In this document: one piece after another, positions 38,793 to 47,334 of the stretch | Position numbering within the stretch: position 1 is the stretch's first letter | Layout of the letters: each line of letters starts with the position of its first letter | NCBI GenBank assembly: GCA_965248195.1 | Contig: CBDFIQ010000001.1 | Span: 800,001 to 864,000, forward strand | Direction of reading: 5' to 3' | From: Longimicrobiales bacterium | Lineage (GTDB): Bacteria > Gemmatimonadota > Gemmatimonadetes > Longimicrobiales > Gaopeijiaceae | DNA length: 64,000 bases | Made by a program: the position numbers and the translations under genes | Notes under the pieces: model-generated | Seen by the model: only the letters and a program-made list of their open reading frames with translations | Told to the model about the DNA's origin: nothing | The model's database searches: none

Positions 38793-39007
38793 TAGCGCGG
38801 CACCACCTGGCGCGGACCTCGGCCCGAGAGCCTACGCACCCTATTGCGTGCCCGGGAAATCGCCTTCTCGAGGCTATCGAGCGACGAATAGCGTGTCATG
38901 CGACTGTCGATCCGGACCTCTTCTCCGCTCGCGATCACGTCCGCACGTGCAGCGATCAGCGCGTCCAGTTCCGCCTGCGCAGTGTCGATCTCGGCTTGCG
39001 TAGCCAT
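38792..39007 (-). CDS. gpW-like head completion protein
   Basis: 71 aa directly before portal. Confidence 0.7.
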   Translation of the reverse strand: MATQAEIDTAQAELDALIAARADVIASGEEVRIDSRMTRYSSLDSLEKAISRARNRVRRLSGRGPRQVVPR

Positions 39008-39134
39008 CGGTCTCCGTAGCTACAACGCGAAAAAGCCCCCTCCCCAGCGTCTGCTGGCAAAGGGGGCCTCACGTATTTGGGCCCAAAGTTTCTGTATGAC
39101 TCCGAGTTTCCCCGGCTACCACATCCTACGGTGT

Positions 39135-39377
39135 TTACGTGGGTGCGTCAACACTACATACGGTGGCACGCTGGAAAGCACCCGCCGTGAGCGCATAAAT
39201 CGCATTGCATTGACGGCCGCGGCCCATCTCCCACGAGCACTGATAGGTCTGGACGAGTTCGTGGGGAGCGTCTAGGCCCCACTTCTCGATCTGCTTTGCC
39301 GTGGCCCGTACTCGAGGTGGCGACCCGCAGCGTGGGCAATATGTGTCTAGTCGGTAAAGTTTCGGCGCCGAGTTCAC
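39135..39377 (-). CDS. Small zinc-finger protein
   Basis: CPRC...C...C, coupled to terminase. Confidence 0.55.
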   Translation of the reverse strand: MNSAPKLYRLDTYCPRCGSPPRVRATAKQIEKWGLDAPHELVQTYQCSWEMGRGRQCNAIYALTAGAFQRATVCSVDAPT

Positions 39378-41248
39378 GAAACCCCCCTGGAGCGGATGCG
39401 ACGACCCTTGGCCACAACCACCGCCGGATTGCTACCTCCGCTCACGATCGCCGCCATCTCCCCGAGCCGCTTCACGACCACGTCTCCCATCGTGTAGAGT
39501 GCCGCAATATTGCCCGCCTCGAGGTCGATACTCTCGTTCCTGGCGCGTACCTGCTTGAACACCTTCCGGAATCGGCGGCCTTGACGGACAAGCCTTAGCT
39601 GCTCGGCCGCGAATTGAGCGAAGTACTCCGCGTCGGCCCCAGTGCGGGTGGGCACACAGAAATGCATGTATCCCGGCCCGCCCGGCTCGGCGGAGCCAGC
39701 GGTCAGACGCAAACGCCTGAAGAGGATCGCCTTGAAATGGTGCGAATCGACCCTCCAGGGCTTGACCTGGTCGCGGGTCTTTCGGGTGGCGCGCGACAGC
39801 GTCTCTCTCAGACGTGAGTCCGAACCTTTCGCCGAGTACACGCCACGCAGCTCCCTACCGCGAACGAACCGGTGCACCCGATGCGGCAGATACCCAGAGT
39901 CGATCATCGCCACGCGGATACGCAGCTTCGCGCCCGACTCGTGGTTGTAAGCTCGAGCAAGGTGATGTTCTAGTTCCGACCATAACTCGTCCTGTTCAGG
40001 ATCACCGTAAATCCTGTGATGGCCGATCAGCCACGACTCCTCACGCTCGCCCCAGCCGCGAATCGAGAGTTCGAGGCGATCCGCTTGGACATCGACGAAA
40101 GCCGTCAATACGCCCACACCATGAGGGATCTCCTCCGGGTACTTCTCGGCCCTGCTAGCGAGATCCCCAGGCTCGAACGCTTGGTCGCGCTCCTCCCACG
40201 GTTCGCCGAGCTGGAGGTTGATGAACGTCTTGAGTTCTTCAGGACTGCGCTTCTTCTCGAGCCATAGCGCCGCGAGCTCCGCCCACGTGACCCACGGCGA
40301 GTAGAGCGCAGAGAGATGGAAGCCGGGAAAGCGCCCCGCCGGGTTCGTGGGGCACCACTCACCGAGCTCGAGCATCCGGCGCTTGTCCACTTCCTCGATG
40401 ATGGCGCCACAGTTCGCACAGACGTAGACCGCCGTCCCCGGTCGATGGAGCGCCTCACCCTCCACCTCCTCGGTCTCCCATTTGACGTTCTTCCACTCGA
40501 GGACCTGGCGATGCTCGCAATGAGGACACGGGACGAAGTAGCGGCGCCGATCCGATGCGAGCCATTCCGGCCAGATGCGGCTCGTCTCGAGGTCGCCAGG
40601 CGAAGAGACGAGCAAGACTTTGCGGTTCCAAAAATTGCGCGTGCGCTGCTCGCCGAGTGCGATCGGGTCGCCCTCCGAACCGACCGAGGAGGGGTATCGG
40701 TCCACCTCGTCGAAGAGCGCGTCGCGTATCGGCCTCGAGGCTAGACCAGACGGAGAATTGGCGCCGACGATCGAGAGACGCCCACCGGTGAACGTCTTGT
40801 GGAGCATCGTATTCCCCGAATCACGGGCTCGAGGATCGGCGATCTTCGCTCGCAGCCGAGCGGTGTCACGGATCATTGGAGTAAATCGGTCCTTGGACCA
40901 AATTTCAGCCATGTTCAACGTCGGCTGCACCACAAGGATCGGTCCGGGATTCTGATCGATGCTTCGACCGACGTAGTTGTTGACGACCTCGGTCTTGCCG
41001 ACCTGAGAAGCGGCGACCCAGCACACGCGCCGCACCAAGGGATCGCCGAGCGTGTCCATGATTTCGCGGAGGTAGGGCACACGGCTCGTGCGCCACGGCC
41101 CCGGCTCGGGAGATGATTCAGGCGACAGTATCCGGTATCGGTCCGCCCATTGCGAAATGGTCATACGCACCGGCGGACGCAGCCTGGCGCGCATCTCGGC
41201 GGCCGCGATCCCATACGCTCGAGCCCTCGACTCCGCAGCGGCGATCAC
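39374..41248 (-). CDS. Terminase large subunit (gpA family)
   Basis: SQVGKTE, LFDEVDRYP, YFVPCPHC, VDVQADRLE, RNESID. Confidence 0.97.
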   Translation of the reverse strand: MIAAAESRARAYGIAAAEMRARLRPPVRMTISQWADRYRILSPESSPEPGPWRTSRVPYLREIMDTLGDPLVRRVCWVAASQVGKTEVVNNYVGRSIDQNPGPILVVQPTLNMAEIWSKDRFTPMIRDTARLRAKIADPRARDSGNTMLHKTFTGGRLSIVGANSPSGLASRPIRDALFDEVDRYPSSVGSEGDPIALGEQRTRNFWNRKVLLVSSPGDLETSRIWPEWLASDRRRYFVPCPHCEHRQVLEWKNVKWETEEVEGEALHRPGTAVYVCANCGAIIEEVDKRRMLELGEWCPTNPAGRFPGFHLSALYSPWVTWAELAALWLEKKRSPEELKTFINLQLGEPWEERDQAFEPGDLASRAEKYPEEIPHGVGVLTAFVDVQADRLELSIRGWGEREESWLIGHHRIYGDPEQDELWSELEHHLARAYNHESGAKLRIRVAMIDSGYLPHRVHRFVRGRELRGVYSAKGSDSRLRETLSRATRKTRDQVKPWRVDSHHFKAILFRRLRLTAGSAEPGGPGYMHFCVPTRTGADAEYFAQFAAEQLRLVRQGRRFRKVFKQVRARNESIDLEAGNIAALYTMGDVVVKRLGEMAAIVSGGSNPAVVVAKGRRIRSRGVS

Positions 41249-41880
41249 GCGGCAGATTCCCCGATCCGTCGGGCCAGCTTGGGACCGATCCCTTTGATCT
41301 CGCTTACGTCCTCCAGCGAGCGTAGATCTGAGAACGTCTCGATCCCAGCGGCCGTCAAAGCTCGCAAGCCCGGAAACTCCGGAGGCAGCCGATCCGCGGG
41401 AGCGAGACCCGCCGCCTCGAGCTCATCGGCAACTGCGGCCAGGTCGCGCAGTAGCTCTTCGCTGCACACGACCATGGTTTCGGTTGCTTCAGCCGGTGAC
41501 ATGATTCCGACGACCCGCGGACCCCACGAGCCAGGGATCGCGAGCAAAGCGGCGCGTGTCGCATCAAGCACCTTCGCCAAGACCGACCGGTGGTCGTCGA
41601 GGTTTACGACGAGACCCTCAGCCTTCGCCACCTCGATTCGACGACGCCGGATCTCGAGACGTTCCTTCTCAAGCCGGGCTTGGCCCAAGTCGCTTGGGCC
41701 CGACCGCGCCGCCTCCGCTCGCAAAATATCCGCGTGCGCCTGGACACACTCCATCACAGGATAGCGCCCACGACTCGCTTTCGGGAAAATGCCCTCACTC
41801 GCGAGTTGCTGGATCCGTCGAGGGGTCACCTTGAACAGGTCCGCAAGCTCTTGGGCACTCGCGTTTCCTAGATCGAGAAT
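41245..41880 (-). CDS. Terminase small subunit (Nu1-like) with C-terminal HhH; start appears to be ATT
   Basis: SAQELADLFKVTPRRIQQL winged helix begins upstream of GTG 41829; GGAGG 8 nt before ATT 41880. Confidence 0.8.
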   Translation of the reverse strand: MLDLGNASAQELADLFKVTPRRIQQLASEGIFPKASRGRYPVMECVQAHADILRAEAARSGPSDLGQARLEKERLEIRRRRIEVAKAEGLVVNLDDHRSVLAKVLDATRAALLAIPGSWGPRVVGIMSPAEATETMVVCSEELLRDLAAVADELEAAGLAPADRLPPEFPGLRALTAAGIETFSDLRSLEDVSEIKGIGPKLARRIGESAA

Positions 41881-41936
41881 CCGAAGGCCCTCCCAACCAA
41901 AACGAAACCGAAACCGACTTTTTCAAGGTCTGTGGC

Positions 41937-41991
41937 TAGCGAAATTCGGCACTCTTGCGTGACCCGTCGGGGGAAGTGACGAGAAGGACCC
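41937..41991 (-). other. Putative cos site
   Basis: Minus strand GGGTCCT...CGACG-GGTCACGCAAGAGTGCCGAATTTCGCTA parallels lambda cosQ GGGTCCT...TTACG-GGGCGGCGACCTCGCGGGTTTTCGCTA; upstream of terS. Confidence 0.7.
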
Positions 41992-42169
41992 CGCAGCTTC
42001 TTACGTCCGCCACGAGGCCCAACAGCTCGCTCCGAGTGGGTAAAAACAGCGGGGTGTGACGGGTGTGACGGGCCTGTAGTATTGTTTTGAATACGCGCGC
42101 GCGTGGAGGGGAACCTCTAGACCCTGTCACACCTGTCACACTTGGGGTAGGTAAGCCATTCTTGACCGG
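41965..42169 (+). repeat. 205-bp inverted repeat, copy 1
   Basis: Reverse complement of 45804-46008, one mismatch seen. Confidence 0.96.
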
Positions 42170-42173
42170 GCTC

Positions 42174-42464
42174 TCAGAGCGCATCAGTCTGCTCCTGGAC
42201 GTGATTTCCGTCCTCAATACCGACCCCGAGCCAAAAACGGCGCTGTCTCCGTTTCCCCGAATCATCGGTGTAACGTTTGCGCTTCTGGCGGCAACCGTTT
42301 TCGTGGAGCCAGTCGCCCATGTCTTTGGACGGCGGATCGATTCCCTCTGCGGCTGCCCATTCGGTGAGTCTGCCTTTGGGGTTGAATATTCGGACCCCAG
42401 GCACGTCGCCCTCCCGCATCTCGATCAGCATGTCCATCTCGGAGCCGATCGCAGTCCCGCTCAC
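42174..42464 (-). CDS. Small protein resembling a primase/helicase C-terminal winged helix
   Basis: EWAAAEGIDPPS..GDWLHENG..RRFWLGVGI. Confidence 0.45.
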   Translation of the reverse strand: MSGTAIGSEMDMLIEMREGDVPGVRIFNPKGRLTEWAAAEGIDPPSKDMGDWLHENGCRQKRKRYTDDSGKRRQRRFWLGVGIEDGNHVQEQTDAL

Positions 42465-43138
42465 CGCGCTGTCCTCACCGCCCGATCGAAGCTCGCCTCG
42501 AAGTTGCTCTCGAAGCTCTGCTCGAACACGGTCTGGGCCGTGACCTCGAACTCGAGCGAGGGCTCGATTTCGGCTTTCGGCGTGAACGAGAAGAGCATCC
42601 TGAGCTTTCCGACGCGACGCTGACCCCGTGGCTTACGCTTTCCCCCACGCCGTCCAAGCCGCTGCAATATCGCCCCGGTGCCGTCAGCCCTGCGGATCAT
42701 GAACGTGCGCTTCTTGCCCCTGTCGACCTCCGCCCTCGGGCCGCTGCCCCAGCGTTCGAACTCCAGACGCCGGGGTCGCATGACCCGCGACACCACACCG
42801 GTCTTGCCCCGTCGCACTTCATCGGGCACGGCCAGGCGTGTGCCACGAGGCCGCACTGTCCCACCCTCCTCGAACTTGAACAGGAACTCGCGCGTCCGAT
42901 CGATCTCGACGATCGCCTCGAGGTCCCGCTTCGTGCTGAACTTGCTGAACTTCACACCCTGCAGCACGTAGGCCCGGCGGATCGTGAAGCGTTTGCGCAT
43001 GCCCGCACGCTGCTCCGTCTGGATGCCCCTCGCGGTCTGGTTGATCGCGAGCGACGTCGCGAACGGCACCTGGTCGCGGAACAGGAAGCGGAGCGAGCGC
43101 GCAACCTCGCCCGCGTTGCTGTCCACGTCGATTCTCAT
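42461..43138 (-). CDS. Minor tail protein Z-like protein
   Basis: QVPFATSLAINQTA, basic; position before cos/terminase. Confidence 0.7.
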   Translation of the reverse strand: MRIDVDSNAGEVARSLRFLFRDQVPFATSLAINQTARGIQTEQRAGMRKRFTIRRAYVLQGVKFSKFSTKRDLEAIVEIDRTREFLFKFEEGGTVRPRGTRLAVPDEVRRGKTGVVSRVMRPRRLEFERWGSGPRAEVDRGKKRTFMIRRADGTGAILQRLGRRGGKRKPRGQRRVGKLRMLFSFTPKAEIEPSLEFEVTAQTVFEQSFESNFEASFDRAVRTAR

Positions 43139-43380
43139 GCCACAGCCCTTGAATGAAAAAACCCGACACCTCGATCCCTTGCGCGCTCTGGGGGTCGTGG
43201 TGCCGGGGTCCCGGTATGGGGTGCCCGACGTCGCTTTTACTGTCTACAAAGCTAGGGCTTCTGGTCCTGCCGGGTCAACAGGAGCAGGTCGTCTCGTGCA
43301 TCACGTGTTGTTATCGTGTTCCGTAACGCGATAATGCACGATCAAAATGATGGGTAGTGTACTAATTACCCTCGAAGGGC

Positions 43381-43563
43381 CTATTCGCCATCCTCGGATG
43401 CGACCGGCTGCCGTGTGATCCGTCCCTTGTACATCTCAAGATTCGTCGCGATGGCCTTTTTCAGTAGTTCGTAATCGGCCTCGCTCATGGGGATTGGCAT
43501 CCGCAAAGTAGCAGTTCCGCCATCCAGTAGAACCGGGAGATCAAACGGTTCACTAGCTCTCAT
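43381..43563 (-). CDS. Small hypothetical protein
   Basis: Overlaps end of TYW3-like ORF. Confidence 0.45.
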   Translation of the reverse strand: MRASEPFDLPVLLDGGTATLRMPIPMSEADYELLKKAIATNLEMYKGRITRQPVASEDGE

Positions 43564-43975
43564 GCGGTACCCCCTTTGTGGACCCATGAGCCAACGTTCT
43601 GAGAAACGCTAGGATCAACCGAAGGGACGGGGGTAGGCGGTCGCGTTCGTTGCCCGCAAAGGTGATGACCGTGACCTCCTGCCCCCAACTCGTATACCGA
43701 CGAGTCACGTCCTCAATGTACCGGACGTGACGGGCGAGACGATGGGCATGTGAGTCAAATGCTCCAGCCATCGGGCGGTTCAACCATAGCCACAGGTGGC
43801 CAGCGTCCCGCTCCCCGCCCTGTCTTACATGGCCCGCGCAGGACTGAAGGGTGCAGACGCCCGGTAGCGCGTTGATGCGGTCGCACCACGGTACAATATC
43901 GGGATCAGGGTAACCGACACCGCCGGAATCTCCCTCTGGGACGAGCTGTACCTTCGCCTCACCCCACGACGCCAA
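43553..43975 (-). CDS. Protein with TYW3/Taw3-like N-terminal motif (5' end possibly frameshifted)
   Basis: DPDIVPWCDRINALPGVCTLQSCAGH. Confidence 0.55.
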   Translation of the reverse strand: MASWGEAKVQLVPEGDSGGVGYPDPDIVPWCDRINALPGVCTLQSCAGHVRQGGERDAGHLWLWLNRPMAGAFDSHAHRLARHVRYIEDVTRRYTSWGQEVTVITFAGNERDRLPPSLRLILAFLRTLAHGSTKGVPHES

Positions 43976-44307
43976 ACAAATTCCTTGTCGGCGTTAGTCA
44001 GCCATCGATTCTCTGAAAACAGATTTTCGCGTGTCAACCCCTTCGGCCCCTTCTCAAGATTCAAACTGACCCACTACCAGGTCGTCGGTAGTGTCCTAGT
44101 TTGAAGTGGTCGGCTTGATCCGCTTCCGCTGTTCAGCACTACGGACACGCGGGTTTTCGTCAGTTCAGCCGCCGCCGGGCTCGCCTTCAGACTACTGGAG
44201 ACGACATCGGGAAGCGGTGATTTGGCCTTGAAGGTGTTGGTGATGGCCAGTCACGCCCCCCGTTGAGGTGGTGGTAGGAACTGCTGGTAGACGAACCTCC
44301 CGCCTTT

Positions 44308-44601
44308 CTAGCTCTTTATCAGGAAGAAGAGCTGTGCGCAGGCGACGAAGAGGGTCAGGAAGGTGAGAACGACGACGACCCGGGTCAGGACGGTCGTGGT
44401 CCGGTTCAATCGCTCCACAAAACGCTTGGTGAGGACCGCGTTCAGCGTGATGCATCGATTACTCGCCTTGAGCCAGACCTGGCCGCTACGGAGAGGGGTA
44501 GAGCACAGTACATCCAGGTAGGCCAAGAGCCGGTCGTCATCTTCCTGCCGGTAGCTCCTGTCCTCGAATGCGACGTTCACGTCGTCATGTGTGACAGTCA
44601 T
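44308..44601 (-). CDS. Small C-terminal TM protein
   Basis: LNRTTTVLTRVVVVLTFLTL. Confidence 0.6.
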   Translation of the reverse strand: MTVTHDDVNVAFEDRSYRQEDDDRLLAYLDVLCSTPLRSGQVWLKASNRCITLNAVLTKRFVERLNRTTTVLTRVVVVLTFLTLFVACAQLFFLIKS

Positions 44602-44653
44602 TGACTTGTTTCCTCTGCGGGCCAGGCGGAACGGTTCGCGGAGTACAACCCCG

Positions 44654-44866
44654 TCATGAGCCGGCGGGTCCTGCGACCACGGTTTCCCGCTCCGTGTCCC
44701 CTCGCTCGTCCGTGCTGTCCAGTGTCCGCCATTCCACCGTCCGGATGCGGCCCGCTTTGAAGTGCACGTATAGGTGGCCCGTGTGCTCGTTCTCCGGCAG
44801 TAGACCTAGCCGTGCATCCACGATCTCCTGGAGCACCCTGCGGACCTCGGTGTCGCTGCTCACCAC
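44654..44866 (-). CDS. Small hypothetical protein
   Basis: TGHLYVHFKAGRIRTVE, coupled ORF. Confidence 0.5.
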   Translation of the reverse strand: MVSSDTEVRRVLQEIVDARLGLLPENEHTGHLYVHFKAGRIRTVEWRTLDSTDERGDTERETVVAGPAGS

Positions 44867-45093
44867 CCCATGTCCACGATCCAGCGCCAGGCCCAGACGT
44901 TCAGCGCGATCACCGATAGCAGCAGCCCGCTCAGAAGGCCGACCAGGATGAGCGTCGTCACGAGACCGTAGAACGTCTTTCGGATGCGGGGGCCCAAAGG
45001 AAGCTCTGGCTTCATCGTGGTCTTGCCGTTGCTCCTCATGCCACCGCCCTCACGTCTCTGGAGAGACCTCTTCGATGCTCCGCTCGTCGGCAT
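44860..45093 (-). CDS. Small TM protein
   Basis: Single hydrophobic helix. Confidence 0.5.
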   Translation of the reverse strand: MPTSGASKRSLQRREGGGMRSNGKTTMKPELPLGPRIRKTFYGLVTTLILVGLLSGLLLSVIALNVWAWRWIVDMGW

Positions 45094-45361
45094 ACGGCTC
45101 GATCTCGTTGTAGTAGGCTGTCACGCCGCTTCATGCCTCACCACCCGCCTTCCTGCCTTCCCAGTCGTGCCTTCTCGGGAGTCCATCATCCGCCCTCTGC
45201 GGCCATCGCAATATCTTCGCGAATCTCGGACTCGCCACTCACGCCACGCTTCTCCGGTCATGCCCTTCGACCGTGATGTGCCGGAAATTCTGGGGCCCGA
45301 GCCAGACCAGCGAGCCAGATTTGAAGCTCGGCGAGCGTCACGATCTGGTCCCACCAGAATG

Positions 45362-45484
45362 CACATGGGACACATCAACCACATAGTTCCGGCCGGTCGG
45401 ACCAGTTTTTGCATAGACCGCAGCATAACATCTGCCAAAAGTGGTCGCGTGGGGGGTAACTATGTGGTCCATGTGTCTCATGTG
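45362..45484. repeat. Inverted iteron arms (CACAT x3), ori-like
   Basis: 45362-45388 and 45458-45484 are inverted, 24/27 identical. Confidence 0.7.
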
Positions 45485-45803
45485 TCGCTCTCAACTCCCG
45501 ATCGATCGATGCTCCATGTGCGACGATGACGACGAAGTACGAGTCCTCCGATGGGCCGGTCTTTAGCCTCACGGAAGGTGGCCCCAAGACTGGCTCCCGT
45601 GGCCCCGACCACCACCACGTCGTGGGGCCAAGGACGCGCGAAAAGCTCTCCGCTGATGATCGCTTCATATCGAAATTCGTCGTACGTGGTCATCAGGAGA
45701 CACCGCCTGAAGTCCTGTACCGCAGACTCAACCCTCGGGTGTGGCCTCGAGAAGTCTGCAAGCTCCGGGATCCGTGAGATCACAGCATTCGCCAACTGTC
45801 CAA

Positions 45804-46008
45804 CCGGTCAAGAATGGCTTACCTACCCCAAGTGTGACAGGTGTGACAGGGTCTAGAGGTTCCCCTCCACGCGCGCGCGTATTCAAAACAATACTACAGG
45901 CCCGTCACACCCGTCACACCCCGCTGTTTTTACCCACTCGGAGCGAGCTGTTGGGCCTCGTGGCGGACGTAAGAAGCTGCGGGGTCCTTCTCGTCACTTC
46001 CCTCGACG
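45804..46008 (-). repeat. 205-bp inverted repeat, copy 2
   Basis: Reverse complement of 41965-42169. Confidence 0.96.
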
Positions 46009-46162
46009 CAGGCTGAAGATGCGTTCTCGCGGTTCGCAGCTCGGTCTCAGCGTCACCGCATTTTTGACACGTGAAATCGTCGCGTTGCAAGACCTCGAGT
46101 CTCTTCTTCTGCCACTTCGGGTGTCTATAATCGCTCACAAATCCCTCTGGTTTCCTGGCCAA
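46009..46162 (-). pseudogene. HNH endonuclease, truncated
   Basis: YRHPKWQKKRLEVLQRDDFTCQKCG then runs into repeat copy 2 without the HNH motif. Confidence 0.75.
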
Positions 46163-47055
46163 TTCCCGACCTCGTCAGCCATCGCTTCACGAATCTGCAG
46201 ATTCCGGTAACTAAGCCACACCGGAATCGAGCCCTTGTCACCATGGCGGTTCTTACCCACGATGGCCCACGTCATAGCTCCCTTGCCCTTCTCGACTTCG
46301 TAGCGTGAGTGATCGAGCATGACGATCTGGTCAGCTTCGTTTTCCATAGCAGCGCCGCCGTGCAAGCCCTGAATCGTGGGGCTGTCGTGGTAGTTCTTAC
46401 TCGTTTCGCGGTTGAATTGGCTAAGCCCGACGGTGAGCACCCGATGCTCTTTCGCGAAGTTGCTGACCGAGCGCGAGACATGAGCGACCTCCTCCGGACC
46501 TGTGACGCCCGGTGATCCCAAGAGCTGCATGTAGTCAATGATGAACAGGCTGACGCCGAGCGAGCGCCACCAATTCATTAGGCCCAAAATCTCGGCGACA
46601 TCGTAGAATCGTTGGTCGTTCACCTGGAACGGCGCATCATCCTCGTGCTCTTGGATTTTCTCAATCGCCACGTTCGTCTCGTCGTAGTCGAAGTGCCTAC
46701 CTCTCTCTAGTTTTCGGATGTCGGCGCCCGTCCGGATCGCGAGGTTCCTGATCGCAAGTTGCTTGTGGCTCATCTCGAGACTCACGTAGCCGACAGCAAC
46801 ACCTTGCGTTGTGGCCTGAGCTCCTAAGTTGATAGCGAAGAGGCTTTTCCCGTGACCCGGGTTACCAGCGATGATCACGTGCCATCCCATCGCCATGCCC
46901 TCAGCTCCACCCTCGTCACCGCAGAACCTGCTCCACGTTGGCAGTATCGTCGGCACGTAATCCATGCCCGGCCTCAGTGGCCGGTTTTGGAAATCTGCGA
47001 GCCCGTCGAGATAGTCCGGCTTGTTGATTCGGTGGTCTTCGAAGTGGTCGCTCAC
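46135..47055 (-). CDS. DnaB-like replicative helicase (C-terminal domain only)
   Basis: GNPGHGKS, SLEM, IIDYMQL, LSQFNRE, ENEAD, KNRHG. Confidence 0.92.
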   Translation of the reverse strand: MSDHFEDHRINKPDYLDGLADFQNRPLRPGMDYVPTILPTWSRFCGDEGGAEGMAMGWHVIIAGNPGHGKSLFAINLGAQATTQGVAVGYVSLEMSHKQLAIRNLAIRTGADIRKLERGRHFDYDETNVAIEKIQEHEDDAPFQVNDQRFYDVAEILGLMNWWRSLGVSLFIIDYMQLLGSPGVTGPEEVAHVSRSVSNFAKEHRVLTVGLSQFNRETSKNYHDSPTIQGLHGGAAMENEADQIVMLDHSRYEVEKGKGAMTWAIVGKNRHGDKGSIPVWLSYRNLQIREAMADEVGNWPGNQRDL

Positions 47056-47334
47056 TGAGCGCTCCTACGAAGCCCGGCGTTCGAAGAGGTGTCTCGGTGC
47101 TTGCTGTCGGGACTGAGGGCTATCGTCACCCAACGGTCCCGCCTCTCCTCGTTTCGAAAAATGCTTTCGGGGTACTGGTATTCTCGTTTGCCCATGTGGT
47201 GCTCGGATTGCGTCACCGCCTTCAAAACTCGCCTGAATGTTTCGATCGGTTCGTTCTCGCCCCTCAGTTGTTCGTTGTAGAGCTTTCGTAAAGCTAAACT
47301 TCGGGCCTTCGTTAACTTCGGTTTCCTTCCTTCC

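Larger units (their letters stand above)
43294..44078. mobile_element. Putative non-autonomous cargo cassette with GGTAGTG/CACTACC ends
   Basis: AGGTCGTC direct repeat at 43286 and 44079; GGTAGTGTACTAATT at 43353, TTCAAACTGACCCACTACC ending 44078. Confidence 0.5.
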
